Notes under the pieces: generated by a model
Databases searched by the model: none
Told to the model about the DNA's origin: nothing
Seen by the model: only the letters and a program-made list of their open reading frames with translations
In this document: piece by piece, positions 17,344-26,739 of the stretch
Layout: every line of letters begins with the position of its first letter
Numbering within the stretch: the stretch's first letter is position 1
Assembly (NCBI GenBank): GCA_002305355.1
Contig: DBQS01000016.1
Span: forward strand, 36,279 to 100,278
Source of the DNA: Patescibacteria group bacterium UBA1388
GTDB taxonomy: Bacteria > Patescibacteriota > Microgenomatia > UBA1400 > PJMF01
Length of the DNA stretch: 64,000 bases
Reading direction: 5' to 3'
Position numbers and translations under genes: made by a program

Positions 17344-17766
17344 ATGTCAATCATTCGGTGGAATCCTGCGATTAGCGCGCTCGGTCGTTGGCCCAACATC
17401 TGGGATGAAGAAGATTTTCCAACCTTCAACAGAGCGAATAATCTTGATGTATACGAAACTCAAGACGAAGTTGTAGTGAAAGCAAACGTAGCGGGAGTTC
17501 CAGCAGAGAAAGTAGATGTCACTTATGACAAAGGCGTGCTATGGATTCAAGCCAATGCTGAAGAATCATCTGAAGAAGACAAAAAGCATTACAGTCGTTC
17601 TTCATGGAGCTATTCTTACAAAGTAGCCGTACCAGGTGAAATTGATGAGAATCTTGACCCAGCTGCGGAAGTTGAGGATGGAGTGATTAAAGTCACATTT
17701 AAAAAATCGCCAGCTTCAAAACCCAAAAAGTTGCAGGTCTCACAAAAAGGAAAAAGCAAGTCTTGA
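17344..17766 (+). CDS. Small heat shock protein, Hsp20 / alpha-crystallin family
   Basis: Alpha-crystallin domain: LDVYETQDEVVVKANVAGVPAEKVDVTYDKGVLWIQ ... VEDGVIKVTFKK. Confidence 0.9.
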   Translation: MSIIRWNPAISALGRWPNIWDEEDFPTFNRANNLDVYETQDEVVVKANVAGVPAEKVDVTYDKGVLWIQANAEESSEEDKKHYSRSSWSYSYKVAVPGEIDENLDPAAEVEDGVIKVTFKKSPASKPKKLQVSQKGKSKS

Positions 17767-17785
17767 TATCAAGACTTGCTTTTTT
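17756..17785 (+). terminator. Rho-independent terminator after hsp20
   Basis: A perfect 12+12 palindrome GCAAGTCTTGAT/ATCAAGACTTGC (17756-17779) is followed by TTTTTT. It is preceded by an A-run, so it could also act on the convergent gene. Confidence 0.75.
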
Positions 17786-17831
17786 AAAACCGTTACGCAA
17801 CATGATCAGCTGCTGTAAGTTTGGTTGTGTT

Positions 17832-18341
17832 TTACTCAGTTGCTAAAGTCCCAATTTGATATTTCGGTAAAAATGATCGGGCAATATCGGAATGAGGTTC
17901 ACCGTCCTTTGGTCGTTGATTGAAAATAGAAGTAGCATCTGTGCCACAACCTTCCAGTATTGCTGCTCCACCTGGATGACTTTGTGACTCAATAAAAGGA
18001 GTGACATCATAGACTTGACCCTCTATCACCAACCAACAATCAGTCGCGGTAGCGTGTGCTGCAACTTCTGAATAACTATAAAACTCACCCTCTGTTTCAT
18101 CATTTCCCATCTCCTCACCTGCAATTGTGTTCACATCATCGGTTCGCCCTTCAACTCCCTGACCCAGATCTAAGTTCTCCAGATCAGTCTCACTCTCTTG
18201 TTGATTAAAATTATCAGCAGCTTGTTCCTGAATACTCACATTTTCCGGAGGAGCTAACTGATTAGGTTGACCTTGACAAGCCGTCAACAACAATCCCGCG
18301 CTGAAAAACAGCATGCTTACTCTCAATATCTTGAAATTCAT
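17832..18341 (-). CDS. Lipoprotein with a C-terminal cytochrome b5-like heme/steroid-binding domain
   Basis: A signal peptide with lipobox LLLTAC, an acidic linker, then HATATDCWLVIEGQVYDVTPFIESQSHPGGAAIL (the HPGG motif). Confidence 0.65.
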   Translation of the reverse strand: MNFKILRVSMLFFSAGLLLTACQGQPNQLAPPENVSIQEQAADNFNQQESETDLENLDLGQGVEGRTDDVNTIAGEEMGNDETEGEFYSYSEVAAHATATDCWLVIEGQVYDVTPFIESQSHPGGAAILEGCGTDATSIFNQRPKDGEPHSDIARSFLPKYQIGTLATE

Positions 18342-18485
18342 AACATCTTTCTAAGTGTCTAATTGTTAATAAGACGCACTTTATCAAAAATAAATTTTTT
18401 GACAAGCGGTTTGATGCGATGAAGTATTCTCTTGCATCACCACAAAAATTAGCACTTATAATATGCTTTGACCATTGCTCTGACT

Positions 18486-19616
18486 ATGAACAAAAACCGT
18501 TTTCAAATTTTAATCACCGTCTTAAGCTTGTTCATATTTTTACTGGTTGTCTCAGTATCCGCTTTCTTATGGATCAGTTATCAAAGAACAATTGTCATTG
18601 CCTCTCCCAGCCCGCAACCTTCGCCATTATCGGCAATAAATCTGCCCACCCCTACCCCTGATCCGCTCGCTGCTTTTGGCTTACTGCTACTCGGTTACGG
18701 CGGAAGTGGACACGATGGTGGGAGTCTCACTGACACCATCATGCTCGCTTGGATAAATCCAAAAATTAAAAATGTGCATCTCATCTCAATTCCTAGAGAC
18801 GTGTGGGTCACTTTACCAATCACAGATCAAAGTGGTGAACCACTTTCTGAAAAGATCAATGCCGTCTATGCAATTGGTAATGATCTCAATCAATATCCCT
18901 ACCGTCCACCAGAATACTCAGCAACTGGTGCCGGTGGCCAATTAGTGATGAAGATTGTGCAGGATATTACTGGTCTACCAGTCAAATACTTCATTGCTCT
19001 TGATTTCAAAGGCTTTGAAAAGGCAATTGATCAATTGGGAGGCATCGACGTCGCTTTGCGGACTGGATTTGACGATCCATTTTATCCAATAGCAGGCAAG
19101 GAAAATGATACTTGTGAACACACTGAAGATGATATTGCCGCCCTCACTGCTACTCTAAGTGGGGAAAAATTAGACCAAATGTTTCCATGCCGATACGAAC
19201 ATCTTTACTTTGACGCGGGACAACATCATCTTGATGGTGAAACCGCCTTGAAATTTGTTCGTTCCAGACATTCTAGTCAAGCTGGTAGTGATTTTGCCAG
19301 AGCTGAAAGACAACAACTGGTTTTACAAACTATTAAACAAAAAGTGCTCTCTTTGCGGATAATTCCAAAAATTATTCCCCTCATCAATCAACTCTCATAT
19401 CACCTGCAAACTAATATTGATGCCTCCACCATTTCTCAATATAGTTCAGAGTTAAATGATTTGAATTCTTTTCAGATTCAGACTTTGGTACTTTCTGAAC
19501 AAAATGTATTACAAGCCAGTCGAAATAATCGCGGTCAATACGTACTACTCCCAAAATCTGAAAGCAGCTGGCAAGAAGTCCATACTTTTTTAAAAACCAA
19601 CATTAAAGATAAATAA
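18486..19616 (+). CDS. LytR-CpsA-Psr (LCP) family cell-envelope phosphotransferase
   Basis: An N-terminal TM anchor, then LLLLGYGGSGHDGGSLTDTIMLAWINP ... LISIPRD ... KINAVYA ... LKFVRSRH. The start is set at the first ATG; the ORF track starts at a TTG at 18468. Confidence 0.8.
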   Translation: MNKNRFQILITVLSLFIFLLVVSVSAFLWISYQRTIVIASPSPQPSPLSAINLPTPTPDPLAAFGLLLLGYGGSGHDGGSLTDTIMLAWINPKIKNVHLISIPRDVWVTLPITDQSGEPLSEKINAVYAIGNDLNQYPYRPPEYSATGAGGQLVMKIVQDITGLPVKYFIALDFKGFEKAIDQLGGIDVALRTGFDDPFYPIAGKENDTCEHTEDDIAALTATLSGEKLDQMFPCRYEHLYFDAGQHHLDGETALKFVRSRHSSQAGSDFARAERQQLVLQTIKQKVLSLRIIPKIIPLINQLSYHLQTNIDASTISQYSSELNDLNSFQIQTLVLSEQNVLQASRNNRGQYVLLPKSESSWQEVHTFLKTNIKDK

Positions 19617-19622
19617 CTGAAA

Positions 19623-19641
19623 TCATGAGGATCATCCTCAT
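19623..19641 (+). terminator. Weak hairpin after the LCP gene
   Basis: CATGAGGATCATCCTCATG is a near-perfect palindrome, but only a poor T-tract (CTTATT) follows. Confidence 0.3.
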
Positions 19642-19775
19642 GCTTATTGCTCGTTTGCCCTTGATGAGCGTTAAAAAATTTGCTCATCGTAGTTATCTAT
19701 GATAAACTTCCAACAGCATGATTGATTAATAGCCCCATATATCAAAAAATACACACTAACTTCAGCTATATCTAA

Positions 19776-20486
19776 ATGGCAACATCACGCATTACCCTTT
19801 CACAAAAAAAACGTACTTTAAGATTCATTCACACCATTGGTCACGAGTTGAAACAACCTTTGAGTTTAATTAAGGCATATACTTACTACTTACGCAAATA
19901 CTTACCCAAAGATGAACAAGCTCAGCAGTATCCAATTAAAATCAGTCGTCAAGTGGACTTGCTGACTACAATGCTGAATGACATTGTGGAAACCTCAAAG
20001 CTCTCAATTAAAGAAATGAAGTTGTCTAAACAAAAGATTGAGTTAGGAAAGTTTGTCAAAAACCAAATTGCAGATCTTAGGTCTGCTTACCCCACCCGCA
20101 ATATTCAACTCGTGATAAAACATCATCCCAATTATATTCTGGGAGACAAGATGCGCTTGAGACAAGTAATCATGAATTTATTGACTAATGCACTTTCTTA
20201 TTCGAAGGCAGAGGATTCCATTCTTATTTCAATCAAACCAAGCCGCAAAACGATTCAACTGTCCATTACTGATCACGGCGTGGGAATTCACCAATCACAA
20301 TTAAAACATATTTTCGAACCTTACTACCGAACTGATGAATCTAAAAAAAGAGGAATTAAAGGCTTGGGATTAGGACTCGCAATCGTCAAAGAAATACTAA
20401 GGTTACACCAAGCCAAAATATCTGTCCAAAGTCAATTAAAGCGGGGCACGACATTTACAATCCGTTTTCCAAAAATAAGCATCTAA
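19776..20486 (+). CDS. Cytoplasmic histidine kinase (HisKA + HATPase_c only, no sensor domain)
   Basis: H-box TIGHELKQPLSLI; N-box LTNALSYS; G-boxes DHGVGI and GLGLGLAIVKEIL. Confidence 0.8.
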   Translation: MATSRITLSQKKRTLRFIHTIGHELKQPLSLIKAYTYYLRKYLPKDEQAQQYPIKISRQVDLLTTMLNDIVETSKLSIKEMKLSKQKIELGKFVKNQIADLRSAYPTRNIQLVIKHHPNYILGDKMRLRQVIMNLLTNALSYSKAEDSILISIKPSRKTIQLSITDHGVGIHQSQLKHIFEPYYRTDESKKRGIKGLGLGLAIVKEILRLHQAKISVQSQLKRGTTFTIRFPKISI

Positions 20487-20495
20487 CATCAACGA

Positions 20496-21173
20496 CTAGT
20501 CTGGCGGCGTCTGTATCATGTAACCAAAACCTCTGATTGATTTCAAGTATTTCTTGTGTTCATTTTCAATTTTTTTTCTTAAATATCCAACGTATACATC
20601 AACCACTCTTGTTTCTATATCTGGGTTACTATTCCAGATTCTAGACAAAATCATTTCCCTGCTTAACACCTTGTCGGGATTGGACATAAAATATTCAAGT
20701 AACTTAAATTCTTGAGCGGTCAAACTTATCGCCTTGCCCGCTTGAGTTACCTGATGAGTTGTGAGATTTAAAATTAAATCACCGACACGCAATTGTTGCA
20801 CAATTTTACCCCCTGAACGTAAACGAGCTTTGATGCGAGCGAGCAATACTTCTGGCACAATCGGTTTTGGAATGTAATCGTCTGCGCCCAAGTTTAAACC
20901 TTGGGCAATATCTTGCGGTGAACCCTCCGCAGTAATCATGATAACCTGAATTTGCGGATCATGAGCTTTGATTTTTTGACAAATTGTCCGTCCATCTAAA
21001 TCTGGCAAATTCAAATCTAGTAAGACTATTTCAGGACTGACTTTTTCAACGGAATTTAAGCCACTTAATCCCCGATAATCTACAAAAACCTGAAAACCTT
21101 CATCAACCAAAACATCTTTGATATAGTTGGCCATTTCCTGCTCATCTTCAATCACTTGAATAATACTATTCAT
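20496..21173 (-). CDS. OmpR/PhoB-family response regulator (REC + winged helix)
   Basis: EIVLLDLNLPDLDG, PKP, and a C-terminal LTAQEFKLLEYF ... VDVYVGYLRKKI ... IRGFGYMI. Confidence 0.9.
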   Translation of the reverse strand: MNSIIQVIEDEQEMANYIKDVLVDEGFQVFVDYRGLSGLNSVEKVSPEIVLLDLNLPDLDGRTICQKIKAHDPQIQVIMITAEGSPQDIAQGLNLGADDYIPKPIVPEVLLARIKARLRSGGKIVQQLRVGDLILNLTTHQVTQAGKAISLTAQEFKLLEYFMSNPDKVLSREMILSRIWNSNPDIETRVVDVYVGYLRKKIENEHKKYLKSIRGFGYMIQTPPD

Positions 21174-21205
21174 ACGCCTCTCATCTACCTGCTGCTAGTT
21201 CTGTA

Positions 21206-21240
21206 ATTATGCTTTAGTTCTCTTGATCAAAATTTTGAGG
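21206..21240 (-). promoter_or_regulatory. Candidate regulator box + -10 upstream of the 20496-21173 response regulator
   Basis: The minus strand reads CCTCAAA-ATTT-TGATCAA-N11-CATAAT. It shows 11 bp-phased TCAA-containing heptamers, the same architecture as the boxes at 39924-39957, 41689-41721 and 44194-44227. Confidence 0.3.
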
Positions 21241-21303
21241 ATTAGTATAGCATCTTTCCAGGTACTTATTTCACTAATATAATCAAACTAAATCGCACAC
21301 TAA

Positions 21304-21783
21304 TCATTCGGATCTCACACTAACTCTCTGGACGATCGGTATTGATGCCTCGGTATAACACGCCTTAATTTCAATCAGCTGGGGGTTAATTGCTCGAATC
21401 ACATAACCCGTTCGCTCAATTCCGGGTGCTTCTGTATCAACAGGTAAAGTTATATTTTTATCTAAAATATCAGCCAAGTTTAAACATTGAGTATGACCTA
21501 CCTGACAATGATTAGTATGCAAATTACATCCTTCTTGGCTAGTACCCAGCTGTTGCCACGAATCAGAAATCAGGGTGAGATGATCCTGGTCCAGATAATG
21601 ATTGATCGTGCTCGCTAAACTGGTTACCGCTACTTGCCGAATTTGGTCAGAATTTTGTGCAACTTTCTCGTGAGGATTGACCTTGTCGAGCAATAAAAAA
21701 AATGATCCTCCCACCAAAATGAAGCCTGCCAGCAAAGCTATCACAAGTAATGATAATCCATTAGACACATTAATAACTAACAA
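21304..21783 (-). CDS. Hypothetical membrane-anchored protein
   Basis: An N-terminal hydrophobic helix (LSLLVIALLAGFILVGGSFFLL) with no Glu at +5, so I do not call it a pilin. The body is Cys-containing and presumably extracytoplasmic. The start is a TTG in the ORF track. Confidence 0.4.
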   Translation of the reverse strand: MLVINVSNGLSLLVIALLAGFILVGGSFFLLLDKVNPHEKVAQNSDQIRQVAVTSLASTINHYLDQDHLTLISDSWQQLGTSQEGCNLHTNHCQVGHTQCLNLADILDKNITLPVDTEAPGIERTGYVIRAINPQLIEIKACYTEASIPIVQRVSVRSE

Positions 21784-21841
21784 GTACTACTTCTAGGATA
21801 TCAAGAAATATCAATCAAAACATCTAGAAGATTCGGAAACC

Positions 21842-22159
21842 CTAATCTTCCTGTAGTTTGCCTTGGAAAAAAGAAAACAACTGCTTACCCATATACTCTT
21901 GCCAAGACAAGGCAGGATCGTCAATTGGATACTCTTCGTCGAGATCAAGTAATATTTTTTTTAGTTCGTCTGGTTGGGGTTTAAATCCTAATAACTCTGG
22001 TAAATCAGACACATCGAGTAACCATCTCGTATACCATGTCTGCCAATGGTCACCTTTCCCATCACTGCCCGGATGAATACCTCGATAAGATTCGTAAGTT
22101 TGGGCGAAGAGATGGACAAAATCAGCTTCTGTTGACATTATTCTCCAATCTCCTGACAC
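21842..22159 (-). CDS. Hypothetical cytoplasmic protein (105 aa)
   Basis: Intact ORF; no motif recognised. Confidence 0.4.
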   Translation of the reverse strand: MSGDWRIMSTEADFVHLFAQTYESYRGIHPGSDGKGDHWQTWYTRWLLDVSDLPELLGFKPQPDELKKILLDLDEEYPIDDPALSWQEYMGKQLFSFFQGKLQED

Positions 22160-22433
22160 TTTGAGTCGGATGCTACTGGTAAGTAATTTTACTATAACAT
22201 TAATCTCAAAATTATTTCTATCATCATTTGCTCTATACAGGCATTAAATATTATTAACTAATTTTCTTTGCATCTGAATAATCTTCAACCGGCGTCACTA
22301 CCAGTAAAGTCTGGAACATCAAATTTCCATCGACGTGGTTGCTCTTACAATATTCTTACTCAATCTTACCGCTCCTGTCACTTTTCGGAAGTAGTCTCAA
22401 CCAACAGTAAAAAGTGAACAGTTCAAAAGGAGT

Positions 22434-22616
22434 ATGATGACAAAATCAGCAGGCAGAGATAGTAAAGGCAGATTTGTAACTGGATCAGAAGTGGCCAAAA
22501 TGGCTGGCAGAAAAGGGGGTAAGGCCGCTCAAAAAACCGGCAGAGCTCATCCTTTGACAAATAAAGAAAGAGCAAAAGGTGGTGAAAATTCTCACGTTAT
22601 TCCAAGTATGATGTAG
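22434..22616 (+). CDS. KGG-repeat general stress protein (YciG-like)
   Basis: RKGGKAAQ ... AKGGENSH are KGG stress-induced repeat motifs. A strong RBS AAAGGAGT lies before the ATG. Confidence 0.7.
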   Translation: MMTKSAGRDSKGRFVTGSEVAKMAGRKGGKAAQKTGRAHPLTNKERAKGGENSHVIPSMM

Positions 22617-22635
22617 CGGTTGAAAATCATTCGTT

Positions 22636-23112
22636 CTATGAACTTACAAAAGCTCCCTTTGGGGAGCTTTTTGGTGGAAGATGAGCATAAAGATCTTCAA
22701 TCAGTTGCTCGCTGGTACGAAGAGCATGGTCTAGGTATTTTTGATCTTGGTGATTAATATTAATCGTCACCTTGAAACTACCGATTGGATATTTCCACCA
22801 ATTCCACTCAGTACATCCCTCAAATTCTGCATCATCAGTCTTTGCTTTTAGCTGACATAATTGATCGATGACTAAGTGTTCAAATAAATGACCCATTTCA
22901 GTCTGCTTCACTTCCTCAGAAAATGTAAGGTTTTCATCATTAAAGCAAGTTGTCTCTAACACTGATGGCTGACGAACCTGTAAAAAATGATACATTTCTG
23001 GAAAACATGTCGTCGACCAACATGCTTTGGGAAAATTCATAATCAAGTCTGCATGCTGATGATGTATGAGCGTTTGATATTGAAAATTGGCAGATTGATA
23101 GTTTCTCATCAT
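22636..23112 (-). CDS. Hypothetical protein (158 aa)
   Basis: Intact ORF rich in His, Cys and Trp; no family recognised. Confidence 0.4.
   Translation of the reverse strand: MMRNYQSANFQYQTLIHHQHADLIMNFPKACWSTTCFPEMYHFLQVRQPSVLETTCFNDENLTFSEEVKQTEMGHLFEHLVIDQLCQLKAKTDDAEFEGCTEWNWWKYPIGSFKVTININHQDQKYLDHALRTSEQLIEDLYAHLPPKSSPKGAFVSS
22650..22673 (+). terminator. Rho-independent terminator of the KGG gene, embedded in the 3' end of the convergent ORF
   Basis: AAAGCTCCC-tttg-GGGAGCTTT is followed by TTTTT. It lies inside the last codons (SSPKGAF) of ORF 22636..23112. Confidence 0.55.
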
Positions 23113-23339
23113 ATTTTTACTTAATTTTTACAAATTTCTTACAATGTCTGATACCATGACAGATGCATTTACATACTGCAAGCCGCTAGCATCATTCCTA
23201 ACTGATGCTAGTGAAGCTGTTTGCAACCTTATAGTGCTAGGGAAAACACAAGTCCCATTCGGAATACAATCAGAATGCCATAAGTAATAGTCTGGTAATA
23301 AATGACCTAAATGATGAAAAGCCATATATAATACGGATT

Positions 23340-25376
23340 ATGAGCAGTAATCAATCTTCGTCTGCTCAATTTCGCGGACAACATTTGCTGCCATCTGCCG
23401 TCTCACCAACGACAAAGATGGTATCTTTTTTGAATCTCGTCCATCAGGAATTATCTTCTTCTCTTGATTATGAGAAAACTATTCAAAGACTCGGAAAATT
23501 GGCTGTGCCAGTTTTGGCAGATTTGTTTATGATTGATGCGCTCAACGATGAGGGCCGAATTGAAACGCTTGCCATTTTTAACCAAGATCAAAAATCACTT
23601 CAAATCGCACTTCAGTTGAGGAAAGAGCAACCTATTAGTTTAAAAGCTACTCACGGAATTGGCAAGGTTCTTCGTACTGGTTTGGCAGAATTTTTTCCAA
23701 ACTTAGAACCGGAAGTCATAAAAAAACTTTATCCCAAATCGTCTCATTTTCGGGCAGCCATTGCCACAAAACCACTTTCAATGATCATCACTCCGGTTAA
23801 AACTAGAAATAAGATATTTGGCGCTTTTACGTTTGTCACCAACCAACAATCAAACAGAAAATACTCCCATATCGATTTATCTATTGCTCAGGATTTTGCC
23901 CATAGTGCCGCCCTAGCGCTCCACAACGCATATCTATTTTCCGAAACTCAACAAGTTAGCCTCCGTTATGAGCATTTGTTTCGTGGTATTAATGAAGCAG
24001 TCATAATTTTAAATAACAAAGGCAAGATTATTGATGCGAACCCAACTGCTCAAAAAATGTTGAGTGTCTCCGAACGAGATTTTGGTAATCAGAGCTTAAA
24101 TCAATTTTGTTCACACAAAAATCAACCACATCCCACAATCTTCAGTCAATTGCAAAACCATCGTACTTGGCAAACTGAACTCTATTTAAGATCGAAAAAT
24201 AAACAACTATTTTATGTTGAGCTACGAGCACAAAAAATCTTACTTCCCAAAGAAACAATCTATTCAGTTGTCCTTCATGATTTGACCGAGAGTAAGCGGA
24301 CATTTGAAACCAATGCCCGGTTGGCTGCGATCATTGCTTCGTCAGATGAAGCAATTATTGGTTTGAGCTTGTCTCACACCGTAACAAGCTGGAACAAAGG
24401 CGCTGAAAAAACTTTCGGTTATTTAGCTTCAGAAGTAATCGGGAAACAAATAAATTTTATTTATCCCAAACACCTCCAACATGAACTACTGCATTTTTCA
24501 AAAATCGTTAAAGATGGACAAAGTATCGATCACTTTCAAACGCAAAGACTACATAAGAATGGCAAATTAATTGATATTTCAATTAGTATTTCTCCCATTA
24601 GAGATGCTAATGGCCAAATTATCGGCACATCAACTATTTCTCGCGATATCACCGAAAGACTTAAAATAGAAAAGAGAAAAGATGAATTCTTGAGTGTGGC
24701 AAGCCATGAATTAAAAACACCAATTACTAGTATTAAAGCCTATGCCCAAATTTTGGAAAAATACTTCATCGATCAAGATAAGTCAAAATGTATGGTCATT
24801 AGCAAGAAAATGAACCGCCAAATTGACCGTTTATCCCAGCTAGTCTACGACTTGTTAGACATCTCAAAAATTGAACTTGGTCAAATGCAACTTAATTATG
24901 AAAAAGTATGTTTGTACGATTTACTGAAAGAAGCGGTGGCAGATATGCAAGCCTTTGCAAAACAACGCATCACGTTGGTTGGCCGCAGATATGCTCCTAT
25001 TTGTGCTGACGCTTACCGAGTGGACCAAGTGATGATTAATTTACTCACAAATGCAATCAAGTACTCTCCTTCTTCGAAAGAAATTAAAGTTTCTCAAAAA
25101 AAAATTGGTCGGCAACTCCAAGTTAGCATTCAAGATTTCGGTATTGGCATTGATCCTAAACATTTTGATCAAATATTCAGTAGATTTTATAGGATTGAAG
25201 GTAAAGACTCGGATAGCTACGGTGGTTTGGGATTAGGCTTATATATTTCCCATCAAATTATTCAACGCCATGGCGGTAGTATGTGGGTAGAGAGTAGCCT
25301 GGGCAAAGGTTCAACTTTCTATTTCACACTGCAAATCGATAAAAAATGCGAGGAATTGAAAGACAATCAAAAATGA
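23340..25376 (+). CDS. Cytoplasmic multi-sensor histidine kinase (GAF, two PAS, HisKA, HATPase_c)
   Basis: A GAF-like N-terminus ending AALALHNAYLFSE. Two PAS-like blocks (INEAVIILNNKGKIIDANP and SSDEAIIGLSL...WNKGAEKTFGY). H-box SVASHELKTPITSI and G2 box GGLGLGLYISHQIIQRHGG. Confidence 0.85.
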   Translation: MSSNQSSSAQFRGQHLLPSAVSPTTKMVSFLNLVHQELSSSLDYEKTIQRLGKLAVPVLADLFMIDALNDEGRIETLAIFNQDQKSLQIALQLRKEQPISLKATHGIGKVLRTGLAEFFPNLEPEVIKKLYPKSSHFRAAIATKPLSMIITPVKTRNKIFGAFTFVTNQQSNRKYSHIDLSIAQDFAHSAALALHNAYLFSETQQVSLRYEHLFRGINEAVIILNNKGKIIDANPTAQKMLSVSERDFGNQSLNQFCSHKNQPHPTIFSQLQNHRTWQTELYLRSKNKQLFYVELRAQKILLPKETIYSVVLHDLTESKRTFETNARLAAIIASSDEAIIGLSLSHTVTSWNKGAEKTFGYLASEVIGKQINFIYPKHLQHELLHFSKIVKDGQSIDHFQTQRLHKNGKLIDISISISPIRDANGQIIGTSTISRDITERLKIEKRKDEFLSVASHELKTPITSIKAYAQILEKYFIDQDKSKCMVISKKMNRQIDRLSQLVYDLLDISKIELGQMQLNYEKVCLYDLLKEAVADMQAFAKQRITLVGRRYAPICADAYRVDQVMINLLTNAIKYSPSSKEIKVSQKKIGRQLQVSIQDFGIGIDPKHFDQIFSRFYRIEGKDSDSYGGLGLGLYISHQIIQRHGGSMWVESSLGKGSTFYFTLQIDKKCEELKDNQK

Positions 25377-25792
25377 TCAACAAGAATCGAGAAAATCACC
25401 AGACTGTTTGGGTAGTCGACGATGATCAAGGTATTCTTGACGTGGTGAAAATTATATTTGAACAGGAATGTTTTCCAGGCAAATATTTTAGTGATCCTAA
25501 ACTGATGCAAGCAGAAATATCTCGGGGAAACCGGCCAAGCCTGTTGTTGCTTGATGTGTTTATGCGAGGTGTCAATGGCGTTAATATTGCGCTAAACTTA
25601 AAAAATCAGTGTCAAACGAAGCACATTCCAATTATCTTGCTGACTGCCGATCTCGATGCTGCTGAAAAAGCGAAACAAGCAAAAGTGGAAGGATTCTTAA
25701 CCAAGCCCTTTGACATCGCAGAATTATTAGCTGTCGTAAAAAAGTATGTCGTCATTGATCACCCAGGTCATGATCTACATCCTAACCCATAA
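25373..25792 (+). CDS. Single-domain response regulator (receiver only)
   Basis: VWVVDDDQGIL ... LLLLDVFMRGVNG ... LTAD ... LTKPFD. The ATG at 25373 overlaps the kinase stop as ATGA. Confidence 0.8.
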   Translation: MINKNRENHQTVWVVDDDQGILDVVKIIFEQECFPGKYFSDPKLMQAEISRGNRPSLLLLDVFMRGVNGVNIALNLKNQCQTKHIPIILLTADLDAAEKAKQAKVEGFLTKPFDIAELLAVVKKYVVIDHPGHDLHPNP

Positions 25793-26668
25793 GATAAAAC
25801 TTCTCCACAAAACCAATATCACCATCAATCCCAACATAATTCGCCAATTTGTACAAAAGAAGAGCGCTTCTACCAATAAAGCAGTCCATAAACCACCATA
25901 TTTTTTAAAGTACTCAAACCGACTTTTCCGATAAATTTTATTAAGATCTGATGATACCTGTATGTCTTCTTTTTTTTGATCATGGATCACTATTGCTTCC
26001 GGTAAGATGACCAGCTTTAAACCTGCTCGGCTAATCCTCCTCCCGAAGTCCCACTCCTCAAAATAAAGAAAGAAGCGAGCATCAAAGCGTCCCAGCGTAT
26101 GAAACAATTCCCGGCCAATCATCATGGCACATCCGGGAATAGCTGCCAATTTGGCTGAATCAAACCCGTCAATATTTGCCAGATAATGTCGACGTGCTAC
26201 CGGGTTTTGTGGCCACAAGCGATGTATGCTGGTGTGGCTCATCAAATAAGTCCAGATTGTAAGCGGACCACTACCTTGATAAATATATTCTTGGCCATTT
26301 GTGTGTAAAAGTGTTGGCGCGACTGCTCCCACATGAGAATGCTTGCTTAGATAATTACTCAACTGGCTAACGATGTCCGTTTTTACAATTACGTCTGGGT
26401 TTAAAAATAATAAATACTTGCCTGCTGCATGATCCGCTCCTAAATTATTGCCTCCCCCATAACCCAAATTTTGACCAGCAACCAAATAAGTAATGCTCTT
26501 TCTACCTCTTAATTGATCTGCCAATATCTCGTTGCCTTCATTGTCCACAATGATGATTTCGTAGTTTTCAATTGCGCACTTTTCTCGAATAGAATTCAAA
26601 CAACGATGCAACTGCTGTGCACTGCGATAATTCACGATGATAATTGAAACGAGAGGTAAACCAGACAT
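25775..26668 (-). CDS. Family 2 glycosyltransferase
   Basis: VSIIIVNYRSAQQLHRCLNSI ... IIIVDNEG ... LFLNPDV are the GT-A fold DxD contexts. Confidence 0.8.
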   Translation of the reverse strand: MSGLPLVSIIIVNYRSAQQLHRCLNSIREKCAIENYEIIIVDNEGNEILADQLRGRKSITYLVAGQNLGYGGGNNLGADHAAGKYLLFLNPDVIVKTDIVSQLSNYLSKHSHVGAVAPTLLHTNGQEYIYQGSGPLTIWTYLMSHTSIHRLWPQNPVARRHYLANIDGFDSAKLAAIPGCAMMIGRELFHTLGRFDARFFLYFEEWDFGRRISRAGLKLVILPEAIVIHDQKKEDIQVSSDLNKIYRKSRFEYFKKYGGLWTALLVEALFFCTNWRIMLGLMVILVLWRSFILWVRM

Positions 26669-26739
26669 TTACTTATTCTACTGCAAATCAAAATAGGGTG
26701 CGATCAGCTCATTAAATTGTTATATACTTAACAGCAATC

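Noticed and set aside
22379-22395. TCACTTTTCGGAAGTAG resembles the IS terminal repeat core (ACTTTTCGGAA).
   Set aside because: Only about 11 bp match, and the GTCGCAC terminus is absent. This is not enough to call an IS remnant.
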